A stretch of 32,000 bases of DNA from Candidatus Thorarchaeota archaeon. GTDB taxonomy: Archaea; Asgardarchaeota; Heimdallarchaeia; Hodarchaeales; Hodarchaeaceae. The stretch is from positions 30,001 to 62,000 of the forward strand of contig JBHLRO010000003.1 of the NCBI GenBank assembly GCA_048882505.1, written 5' to 3'. Below the pieces are notes generated by a model. The model searched no databases and was not told the DNA's origin. It saw only the letters and a list, made by a program, of their open reading frames with translations. Position numbers and translations under genes: made by a program. Shown in pieces: positions 1 through 8,360 of this stretch. Every line of letters starts with the position of its first letter. Positions within the stretch are counted from its first letter, which is position 1.

Positions 1-2
1 CC

Positions 3-263
3 TACACGTCTATTTTTAGCAAGGCCGATGTAATTCCATATGTTTCTCCTCCTCTTGATGGAGGGGATAATGTTGAAGTTGAAGGTTTAACTCATTTTCA
101 GTTATATCAATCAGAGTCCGTATATACGATAGTTAAAGATGCGGTTGATGATACTCGGGAAACCACAACAAATGATACAACAAGTTGGACATTTTTACCG
201 ATTCTAATCGCTTTATTTCCCATCATATGGATAAAACGAGAATTAAGACGTTTATCCTCCTGA
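3..263 (+). CDS. 3' end (partial) of a LipA/lipase class 2-like alpha/beta hydrolase with a C-terminal membrane anchor
   Basis: Open frame from the window edge to TGA 261-263: YTSIFSKADVIPYVSPPLDGGDNVEVEGLTHFQLYQSESVYTIVKDAV resembles the Bacillus LipA C-terminus (YTSIYSSAD...LDGARNVQIHGVGH), including the catalytic Asp and His. It is followed by a Thr-rich linker, a hydrophobic helix and a basic tail. Confidence 0.7.
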   Translation, partial: YTSIFSKADVIPYVSPPLDGGDNVEVEGLTHFQLYQSESVYTIVKDAVDDTRETTTNDTTSWTFLPILIALFPIIWIKRELRRLSS

Positions 264-277
264 AAGAATGGTAAAAC

Positions 278-634
278 TCAACCAACTTTTTTGGATTCTA
301 AGCTGACCTCAACGGCTCTATCAATCCAAACTTGTAATGTCTCCTTATCATTCATAATTTCTTCTGGGAGTGTCCAATAGGACATGGCAATTTTTTTCCC
401 CTTTCGTTCGTATATAAAGGGATGAGTATCATATAATTTAAAATCAGCCCTATTTTTCGATCCTACTTTGAAAAATAGTTCGCCATCAACGATAATTGCG
501 AATATCACCTGGTTTTTGTAGATACCATATCCCCCAAACATTGCTTTGTATGTGATACCCTCAAAATCTTTGAAGACATCGTTAATGATGTAATCTAGAT
601 ATTCCTTTGCCAATAAATCACCGATCAAGGTCAT
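278..634 (-). CDS. TfoX/Sxy N-terminal domain protein
   Basis: Motifs ITYKAMFGGYGIY, IFAIIVDGELFFKV and MSYWTLPEEIM...W...A are typical of TfoX_N. Confidence 0.9.
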   Translation of the reverse strand: MTLIGDLLAKEYLDYIINDVFKDFEGITYKAMFGGYGIYKNQVIFAIIVDGELFFKVGSKNRADFKLYDTHPFIYERKGKKIAMSYWTLPEEIMNDKETLQVWIDRAVEVSLESKKVG

Positions 635-682
635 GTAAAATAATTCTATAAAATGTAGATGCGAATTATCTTAGGCGCACGT

Positions 683-699
683 AATAATCCAGGATTATT
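683..699. promoter_or_regulatory. Perfect inverted repeat AATAATCC-A-GGATTATT, candidate transcription-factor operator
   Basis: 8-bp arms with a 1-nt spacer, in the divergent intergenic region about 50 bp upstream of the TfoX gene. Confidence 0.35.
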
Positions 700-791
700 C
701 AGGAATTGTTATCTGAAAATTCGTTTGTTCTTCAAACTACTTATCGTTGCTGGAACGTATTAGAAAGTTTTCAAGCTTCTAGATGAATGAT

Positions 792-1298
792 ATGAAAAAA
801 ATTCTGCTGGATATCGGATGTCATGGCCGCTTTAAAGAGACTATTATATAGATCATAATAATCCCTAATATGATTGGTTTTTCGATCGGCATCATAATGG
901 GAGGAGAATCTTATATCCATAACGAATCAATAATGTTTAATCATGAAAGAAGTTACGAGACCGAATCCTTTCCTGCTTTGGATGAAATCATAATCGCTGC
1001 AAAGCATACAAATACGGAGATTGTTAATCTCACAGTATTCACACAGCAGGCCGACACGGTTTTTTATTAGGAATTTAAATTGAAATCAGGAGAGAGTATA
1101 TCAAGTGATAATGAATATATTTTGGCCCATGTAGACAGTTCTCTGTCAGAAATTACCATTCTTGGTTGTTCTGGGCCTCAAGGGGTAGTAATTTCCATCA
1201 AAGGTCAAAGTAAAAATGGATTTACCATACTTCAGGATTTTGAAATTCCGATGCAAAAAAATGCCATGTTTGCAGCCTATTTATCCTCGGTGATTTAA
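792..1298 (+). pseudogene. Hypothetical membrane-anchored protein interrupted by two in-frame TAG codons
   Basis: ATG 792, TAG 849-851, track ORF 870-1070 ending in TAG 1068-1070, and track ORF 1080-1298 are all in one frame; terminal TAA at 1296-1298. Hydrophobic segment IIIIPNMIGFSIGIIMGG near the N-terminus. Confidence 0.55.
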
Positions 1299-1317
1299 TT
1301 CCATTATTACAGCCCTC

Positions 1318-2058
1318 TTATCTGACGTTTGTTTTCAATTTTTTTATATGAAATAGGCTACAAGAAATTTGGTCGTATTTTCCATCTTCTTCATCAATAC
1401 TCATGCACTCTTCAAAGGAACGTAACGCACTCCCATAATCCCCCTGATAAAAATATGTGACCCCGATCACATGCCAAGAGTAACTTTCCAGATACCGAAA
1501 TCCTGCCTCCTTTGCCAGTGCAAACGCCCGAGCCAAATATGATATCGATTGATCCAGCTCACCCCGTGACCGATGCATGAGCCCCAAGGGTGAAAGAGAC
1601 TCCGCAATCTGAAATTCATCCTCCACCTCCTTCGCAGCTGCTAGCGATTTACGTGAAAACACTAGAGCTTGCTTGAGATCTCCTAAGGTCCAACAAACCC
1701 TGGCTTTTACATCATATAAGAGACATTCCCATTCCTTTCCATCTTGTATCGTGCCCAGTAAATCCTGTCCCTTTTCAAGCAACTCAGCGGCTTCAGTAAC
1801 CTTCCCAAGACGGTAGAAGGCATAACTCTTCATCACTACTGCCCCCAGTTCGTGGTATCTATCCCTTACCACTTTATTCTTTTGCTGAACTACATTTGCC
1901 ACGGACACTGCCTGCTCGTACTCTTCCTGCAGAATGTAAATCCGACTTTTGAGTAGTAATCCCAGTGATCCCGCTTTTGCGTCTAATCCTTCAATCTGTG
2001 CCAGGGTTTCCTCATATTTGGCCTGATAGATTAGGTCACGGATAGTCTGAATCCTCAT
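1318..2058 (-). pseudogene. TPR protein, N-terminal half of a split gene (codons 1-237 plus a 9-residue read-through tail)
   Basis: Repeated TPR helices (e.g. YSWHVIGVTYFYQGDYGSALRSFEECMSI). The sequence breaks off after ISCSLFH into IKKLKTNVR; the complementary half is at 5346-5993. Confidence 0.75.
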
Positions 2059-2142
2059 CCTTACATATCCTCAATCTTAGATGGAATAAAACCACCTCAT
2101 GATTTATGAGTTTCTCTTGAAATTCGTAGCTATCACCGCAAA

Positions 2143-2226
2143 GTCGTCTATCTCCTCACTACCAACGGCGTAACACTCGGCTACAGCTTTAAAGACCTCG
2201 ATACCTAGGCCAAAAAATTGAATCTC
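2143..2226 (+). repeat. Copy 1 of an 84-bp direct repeat (HxlR C-terminal remnant)
   Basis: 72/84 nt identical to 3719-3802 by manual alignment. Translates VVYLLTTNGVTLGYSFKDLDT*AKKLNL, with TAG at 2206-2208. Confidence 0.8.
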
Positions 2227-2338
2227 GCCCAAAGCTAACCCTGCCATTTTCCCTTTTCATTTTTCATCGATATTTTTATAAGAAAGAATGCCTGGAAAAT
2301 AATACCACCGATTCCATTCGTTCTCATTATAATTCATT

Positions 2339-3604
2339 TTGAAGAGACGTAGCATGACAGCTTTTACGGATAGAATGCGGATTAATCTCTCCACAATGAT
2401 TCTAACTATGCTTACACTCATTTTTGGGGTCCGAGGAACTCAGATCTTTCCTATTAGGAATCCAGATTTAATTCCAACGATTACACTCTTTGATATCCTT
2501 TCATTCATCTTATTAGGTGTTTTCATTAGTTATTCACTAATTATCGGGTATAATCGGCTCCTTTTGGTCTTATTGACATGCTCTCCTTTGTTTGGATTCG
2601 TTATCATCCCTTTCTCACTCATTTATTTCCCCGTATACGACCCAATTCGTCCATTTCTGATCGGTTTATTTCTAATATCTGCCAGTCTAATCGCAGTTCT
2701 GGTAATTTGTTGGTATAAATTCCAGAAGGAATTATTTGCATTTTATGATTCTATATCATCAGAGAGAGTGAAAAAGCTTTCATTAAAGCAATATTATTGG
2801 TTATTACTGCTAATTATCAGTTTATTGGGGATTTTCCCGCTTTTGATCGTTCTTGTCCCATTCATGATCATGTCTTTCTTCTTTCAGTTCCTTTCTGCCG
2901 ATAAGAGTGCTCTTTCTTTTTTTTTCTTAGTCCTTACTTCAGCCGTCCTCGCTTACCTCGTTATTTCACGCCTGAGGTCATTAGGTGAACACCGCTCGTT
3001 CTGGGATCCCATAGTTCTCCGGAAACCCTTTTTAGATGTTATTCTTGTCATGAGTCTGATCACACTTGTCGGACTGTCTTTACTCGCTCCTAGATTGCTT
3101 TATAACAGCATTCAGTATCGATATGATAGCTCCCCTGAAATAATTGAATTCTATCAAAACCTTGAAATCTCGGACTATTTTGGCGATGTCCCGGCATTCG
3201 CTAATGATTCCTGGAGGGGAATGGGACCAAATTATCTTGGATTCACAGAACGGGCACTTCTCGTACAAAAAATCCTCACCTCCGATTATAAGATTAGCAC
3301 TGAGATAATTTATAGTCTATCCATTCCTTTTTGGTTCTCTCACGAAACAATCCTTGATTTCGCGGGGCCTTCTTTCTATTATAACTATCTTTATTGGAAT
3401 CACTCATTGATTTTCCTAGAAGACACCCTTTCAACTCGCCTTGGAACCTTTACTCAACCTGGGGAAAATATCCACGTTATTAGAGAAACCATCTATCTCA
3501 AACGGCCTTTCATGACAATAAGTTTCAATCAAGTTATTGCTTTCTTCCCAAACAATAATTCAATTTCTTTGATCCTTTCTGGGTATCGAATTTCCGTGGT
3601 ATGA
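2339..3604 (+). CDS. Hypothetical polytopic membrane protein with a C-terminal soluble, probably extracellular, domain
   Basis: 421-aa ORF with about 7 hydrophobic helices in the first ~250 aa, followed by a hydrophilic domain. Start uncertain (TTG 2339 or ATG 2354/2376). Confidence 0.75.
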   Translation: MKRRSMTAFTDRMRINLSTMILTMLTLIFGVRGTQIFPIRNPDLIPTITLFDILSFILLGVFISYSLIIGYNRLLLVLLTCSPLFGFVIIPFSLIYFPVYDPIRPFLIGLFLISASLIAVLVICWYKFQKELFAFYDSISSERVKKLSLKQYYWLLLLIISLLGIFPLLIVLVPFMIMSFFFQFLSADKSALSFFFLVLTSAVLAYLVISRLRSLGEHRSFWDPIVLRKPFLDVILVMSLITLVGLSLLAPRLLYNSIQYRYDSSPEIIEFYQNLEISDYFGDVPAFANDSWRGMGPNYLGFTERALLVQKILTSDYKISTEIIYSLSIPFWFSHETILDFAGPSFYYNYLYWNHSLIFLEDTLSTRLGTFTQPGENIHVIRETIYLKRPFMTISFNQVIAFFPNNNSISLILSGYRISVV

Positions 3605-3613
3605 CTAACCTTA

Positions 3614-3814
3614 ATGAGGAGTCAGGATACTAGCCCTCGCTTCTTATCAAAACGTCTGAAACATTTAAAACAACACGGCCTCATTTTTCGCACCCATTTC
3701 ACTGAAATCCCCCCCTAGTTCGTCTATTCCCTCACTACCAAAGGGGTAACACTCGTCCACAGCTTTAAAGACCTCGATACCTGCGCCAAAAAGTGGAATC
3801 TTAATCCCTCTTGA
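3614..3814 (+). pseudogene. HxlR-family winged-helix regulator remnant (includes repeat copy 2 at 3719-3802)
   Basis: Translates MRSQDTSPRFLSKRLKHLKQHGLIFRTHFTEIPP*FVYSLTTKGVTLVHSFKDLDTCAKKWNL, matching the HxlR pattern SP..LS.RLK.L...GL..R....E.PP.V.YSLT.KG. In-frame TAG at 3716-3718; N-terminus missing. Confidence 0.8.
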
Positions 3815-3910
3815 TCTTCCTCTTATACCTTCCTTTTCTCCCTATTTCCCGTCAAATTCCTTCCTTTCTTACGACCGCTAATTTTGCTCTCCGTGATTTT
3901 CGAGCAATCA

Positions 3911-4135
3911 CTACACATATGCATGTACGCCCAAACTCATTACCATGATTCTCAGGATTACCAAACCAGTTAAAAGTTCACCAGAAGCCAATTCGGTGAC
4001 TCCAATAACTAACCCTCCAATGAGAAAAAGCATCGTGAAAATATAAAACCATTTATCTTCCCCTATTACTTCCCTTAGAGTTCGCTTCCTACTCAATTTC
4101 TCTTCACAATTATCTGGAATCATTATCCAAATCAA
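3911..4135 (-). CDS. Small hypothetical protein with two transmembrane helices
   Basis: 74-aa ORF with two hydrophobic segments (WFYIFTMLFLIGGLVIGV and LLTGLVILRIMVMSLGV). Confidence 0.45.
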   Translation of the reverse strand: MIWIMIPDNCEEKLSRKRTLREVIGEDKWFYIFTMLFLIGGLVIGVTELASGELLTGLVILRIMVMSLGVHAYV

Positions 4136-4235
4136 AGATATCTGAAAAACTGTAATGAAAAGATATGATGTTGTGGCGCGGAGTCAATATTTTGTCCACG
4201 ACATAGCGATTTCCCTTCTGCAAGCTACACTTTCC

Positions 4236-5140
4236 TTATCCGACCAAGGCACTCAGCTCTGCATACACTCGCTCAACCTCCTCCTTTGAGGGCATGTACT
4301 CCTCATGTGCCACCCTGTTACGCAATTGGTTAAGCCATTTGAAGAAACCTTGCTTCTCGAATAACCCATATTGGGCCACCTTCCGCTCTAGCTCCAGCAT
4401 AAACTTCCCCTCTATCCCCAAAAGCTTCCTCACCGTTGCATGCGCATAGTGCACAAATGCATGCCGATATACTAAGTTTTCTCCTTTTGCCCCTTCATAG
4501 CTTTCCACAGCCAGCTCCCAGACCTAGTCAACCCCTTCTTCTCTTCGCCGCGTAGCCTCATCCCCTGTTCCCGTGACGGGTTGTTTAACAGGTTTTGTCT
4601 TCTTTCTAGAGGCCCCACTCTCTTGTGGTCTCTCATGTCGTGGTACTGGACTGGAGGTCGATTCCATTCCTGGTTCCCCCTCTATCCCTGGTGGATGGTC
4701 CAATCTTACCTGTAAACGGGCTTTTAGCTGCTCCATTAGCTCCCTAAGATGAGTATCAGAGGGGTGTATACCCTGTGCCTGTTGAAGAAAAAACGTCGCC
4801 TTGAATAGCTCATTCTCCTTTACAAACATCTCAACTAATCGCACCCACGTCCCTACATTTCTTGGATCCCATTGGACTGCCTCCATGAACGTTTGAAAGG
4901 CCGCCCGCTCATTTCTCTCTTCTTTCATAATGTGTGCCCGCAAGATCCAAAAATCCACCAGAAGTGAATCGTTCCCATTACTTAACTGCCTCAGCGTAGC
5001 AATTATCGTTGAATCCACTTTCGGACTCTCTCCCGCCAACACCTTTTCCACTAGTGTGACAATTCGGCTCCATTGGGATGATCCTCCAGACTGGTAGCAA
5101 ATTCTGTCACCAAATCTCCAGCTTTCTGTGTCCTTTCCAT
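4236..5140 (-). pseudogene. TPR-linker-HEPN protein, disrupted by a premature TAG and a probable 1-nt deletion
   Basis: Track ORFs 4524-5051 and 4236-4508 share a frame and are separated only by TAG 4524-4526 plus 5 sense codons. TPR-like helices (AAFQTFMEAVQWDPRNVGTW), a P/E/S/K-rich linker, and a C-terminal RNRVAH (R-X4-H) HEPN motif. An upstream ATG at 5140 joins the frame if one A is restored near 5062. Confidence 0.65.
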
Positions 5141-5345
5141 GGTTGGGTAGGCCTCCACACGCTTACTAGGTCAAGAATGATCAGGAAGGTTCATGCAAAC
5201 CCATTCACTACTTCTCCATCCTCTTTCCTCTATATATCCTCCAAGGATTTCTGTTTACCAGTCACGGTTAGTAGAAATTTTCCCTCACGGGTTTTTCTCG
5301 AAATAACCCGAAAAATCTCAGAACCAATGACTTGACGGAGCGCAA

Positions 5346-5993
5346 TCACCCATGGCTGCGGACAATGTCTTTCATTCGCGCTACATATTCGTTCAATCGG
5401 ACGGCCTTCATCCGCTCGTGGATAGATGCTCCTTTTGCAACTAATTCTTCCGATTTTTCCAAAATTTCCTTGAGTGTAGTTTGATCATCCATCACCTTTT
5501 CCGCTACCTTCTTCAAATTGTGTTCTTTTGTGATTCCCTCGGCCTGCTCCAGAAGAGTATCTGTTCGTGTTATATTTCCTCGGATCAAGGCAAATCGTGA
5601 AAGAAGAAGTAACGCCTCCACCGCCGAGGAGAACGATTTCTGTTCCTGAGCAATCCTGTGAATTTCGGCCAACAAATCCTCGGCATCAGTTAACACCTCT
5701 GGTTCTCCATAGAGCGATAATTCGTCCATTAATAATTCACACAGATTCACCATGGCGTAGATCGAGAGATCGTGCAATATTATCTCTTCTTGCATGATTT
5801 CTTCAAGTAATCGTTGCGCCGCCGTCTTATCTTTTAAGCGACAACCGTTTTTCCGCACCAAGGCATCTGCTAGCTGCTGGCGTAAATCGATATACCTGTT
5901 GTTAGACCCCTCGCTGCTCTTCAATTCCTCCAGTTTTTTTAGATAAACCTGCGCTTCATCTCTTTTTCCCATCTCCAGACTAGTGAGAACCAT
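5346..5993 (-). pseudogene. TPR protein, C-terminal half of the split gene
   Basis: Begins mid-repeat (MVLTSLEMGKRDEAQVYLKKLEEL); in-frame TAA upstream at 6036-6038. The same family as the C-terminal fragment at 31656-32000. Complements 1318-2058. Confidence 0.75.
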
Positions 5994-6380
5994 ATGAGAA
6001 TTAACCGACTGTATAAAAGCCGTTCTGGTAAAAGATTACTGCGTTAAACTGGGATACCCCTAATCTATCTTGCAAACTGGTTATTTTTGCCTATTCCTCC
6101 TTTCGACCATTGCCTCAAGGACCGTGCAGAGAAATCAAACTTGGTTGGAGGAGTTCTTAACCATAGGATTCACCTTTTCCAGCACAGCGATTCTTCTCTG
6201 TTTCTTCTTACGCCTTTGGAGCTGATAACCTGTAGTAATCAGGTAATCGTGAAACTGTTGTCAATTCTTCCGTTAGCTCTCAGTTTTCTACTCTCTGGAG
6301 TGATTACGCTTGTCCTTGGAATTTAGTATCATATTCCCCCTCGTGACGCACAGGACACTGTGACATAGAAAAAAGGAAAT

Positions 6381-6638
6381 TCAGGCGGTTTTCTCTTCTT
6401 GCAGCATTATCACTTTATTTAACGTCTCTAAGAACTCATCCAGCGGAACTCGATGAACGCGAGCGGCTCGTTCCACAGTCAAGGCTTTTGTTAAAAGTCT
6501 GCGAATGGAGTACCTTCCAACACGTTTGATTCCGAATACCTCCATCACGTCAGCGATGTCTCCGTACTTCTTCAAAATGTCTGCCACTCGAGTATCTTTA
6601 GTAATTTCCACACGAATCAATCCTTTCGTAAGAGTCAT
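6381..6638 (-). CDS. DUF1858-like domain protein
   Basis: ITKDTRVADILKKYGDIADVMEVFG and TVERAARVHRVPLDEFLETLN match the DUF1858 pattern. Confidence 0.7.
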   Translation of the reverse strand: MTLTKGLIRVEITKDTRVADILKKYGDIADVMEVFGIKRVGRYSIRRLLTKALTVERAARVHRVPLDEFLETLNKVIMLQEEKTA

Positions 6639-6807
6639 TGAATACTCTGGGAGTTATTAATTTAGTCCGCAGTTATTCGTAGTCTTCAGAAAGGAAAGGA
6701 TCCACGATGAATTACTGCTTTGAATGCATTGGGACTCACTCGGATTGTTCGAAAGTGATAAAAGAATCAGAATCAGTCTGAATTAATCTGATTAATATTC
6801 CTCGTCT

Positions 6808-7917
6808 CTAATCTGAAATTGAAATGATCCTATGCTGAGGAAGAAAGGAAAAGTGTTTCCTGATGAGCGGATCTGCTTTGGCATATATGCTAATGTTGGC
6901 TGAATCTAAATCAGATCCAAACTCCCTCACAAATTGCCTGGTAAATTCCTTCAAAGCTGAGCGTAATAACAAAGATACCCTATCAGCTATCAAAAATGTC
7001 ACAATCTTTTGATCAGTCTCAAAAAGAAAGATATAATTGTCAGTCTTAATGGATTGTATCTTTTCGGTTCTATCAATCACTGATTGGACAAACTGCACGT
7101 TTGCGGTCATAAGATGGGGGATTAAGATATTAACATCGGGACCCTGTTTCTTGGTGTCAAAGAGAGCATCAAATATTGAAAGCCCCATATTCATGTTCAT
7201 AACCGATAATCGATATACATTGAAGGGCAAGATTCGGAGTACTCGCGCGTCAAGGACAATAGCTAAGATAACAAACAGAACTCCCATTGCTAAGGCAAAT
7301 ATTTCAATCCCCCAAATAGTAAGCGAGATTTTGGTAGCTATCAGAATGGCTGGAACCAAAATGGGAAAAATACAACCTAAAAAGAACAGTATTGAGGCTC
7401 TACTGTAATCCTGCGGAATATAAGGGATAAAACGGCTGATTTGGTAGATAACAATAAGAGTTAGTAATAACATTTCAACAACCAGGATCGTACGCGGGAA
7501 ATCCGCGAAATACGGCCCTATCCCTGGATCCCAAAGAAAAGATTCTGGCTGGATAGCCAATATGATGCTCATTCCGACACCAAAAGTAACCGCTGTGATA
7601 AGAATACTATATGGTTTGTCAGCCCGTAAGAGTTCAATAAACAAAACAAGCAGAAAACACAACAGAATAAGAATAATCACGCCAGCGCGATAGAGGATTA
7701 GGGATAGTTGGAATTCAATATTGGCGATTGTGTATAACAAGGTGTGAAGTAGAAAATAAGGTACAAGCAAGAGGTGAATTATGGTTAGAATAATAAGCGG
7801 GCGAGATCTTGATGAACGATAAACGGAGAGGGTTAAATAAAATCCCAATAATGTAAGCAAGAGAGAAATAAACGCTAATATGGTATACTGCAGTTGATTA
7901 GCGGTTAAAGGGCTCAT
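6808..7917 (-). CDS. Seven-transmembrane protein fused to a C-terminal longin-like domain
   Basis: Seven hydrophobic helices over about aa 8-222, then VYRLSVMNMNMGLSIFD...IQSIKTDNYIFLFE...IVTFLIA...LLRSALKEFTRQFVREF...LIRKHF, a longin-like beta/alpha pattern. Confidence 0.7.
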   Translation of the reverse strand: MSPLTANQLQYTILAFISLLLTLLGFYLTLSVYRSSRSRPLIILTIIHLLLVPYFLLHTLLYTIANIEFQLSLILYRAGVIILILLCFLLVLFIELLRADKPYSILITAVTFGVGMSIILAIQPESFLWDPGIGPYFADFPRTILVVEMLLLTLIVIYQISRFIPYIPQDYSRASILFFLGCIFPILVPAILIATKISLTIWGIEIFALAMGVLFVILAIVLDARVLRILPFNVYRLSVMNMNMGLSIFDALFDTKKQGPDVNILIPHLMTANVQFVQSVIDRTEKIQSIKTDNYIFLFETDQKIVTFLIADRVSLLLRSALKEFTRQFVREFGSDLDSANISIYAKADPLIRKHFSFLPQHRIISISD

Positions 7918-8360
7918 ATGGTTAAGGAAAAGTTCTACTGATATTTTAACCTACTGAAATAATTTACACCCGTAATCGGTGAAATTGATGTTAAAATGGA
8001 TCTAGGTTTCCCCAGCGAAAATAGATATCTCGCTCATTGATTACTCCACCAACAGGGTTACGGGCATATTGAAACCTTTGGTTTCATCTAATTGCTTGCT
8101 TCTTACTTCGGGTCAGGGACGATGACATTTCTTAAGAGGACAAGAATGAACCTATCTCTTTCTGATCAGTAATCTTAGAAAGGGCCTTTTCATCAATATT
8201 ATCTCCGCTACGGGATTTGTTAAAAACCAGATCGTTCTGCCTCTGATTTGTCAGGAACCCAACAGATAATGCTACAGCACCCTGATAGAGGATAAATTCT
8301 AAGATATCATTTTTTAATATTGGTTTAAGCTCGTATCGACGCTTAAGGAGACCAACCAAC

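Larger units (their letters stand above)
1346..5997. mobile_element. Putative integrated circular segment (about 4.65 kb) bounded by an ATATGA direct repeat
   Basis: ATATGA at 1346-1351 and 5992-5997. Joining the ends at the repeat restores an in-frame 452-aa TPR gene. No integrase or transposase is present inside. Confidence 0.5.

Noticed and set aside
5078-6326. Plus-strand ORFs 5078-5335 and 6087-6326
   Set aside because: No motifs; they lie in or beside decayed minus-strand genes and are probably spurious.
7037-7408. Short ORFs antisense to or nested in supported genes (3080-3268, 5567-5797, 7037-7408, 8578-8802, 8799-9077, 10367-10558, 15444-15719, 16583-17294, 18813-19019, 24373-24639, 25507-25716, 25963-26157, 27311-27514, 27614-28000, 28948-29184, 29982-30200 and similar)
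   Set aside because: They overlap stronger genes on the other strand or in another frame. The similarity between 18813-19019 and 24373-24639 simply mirrors the acyltransferase duplication.
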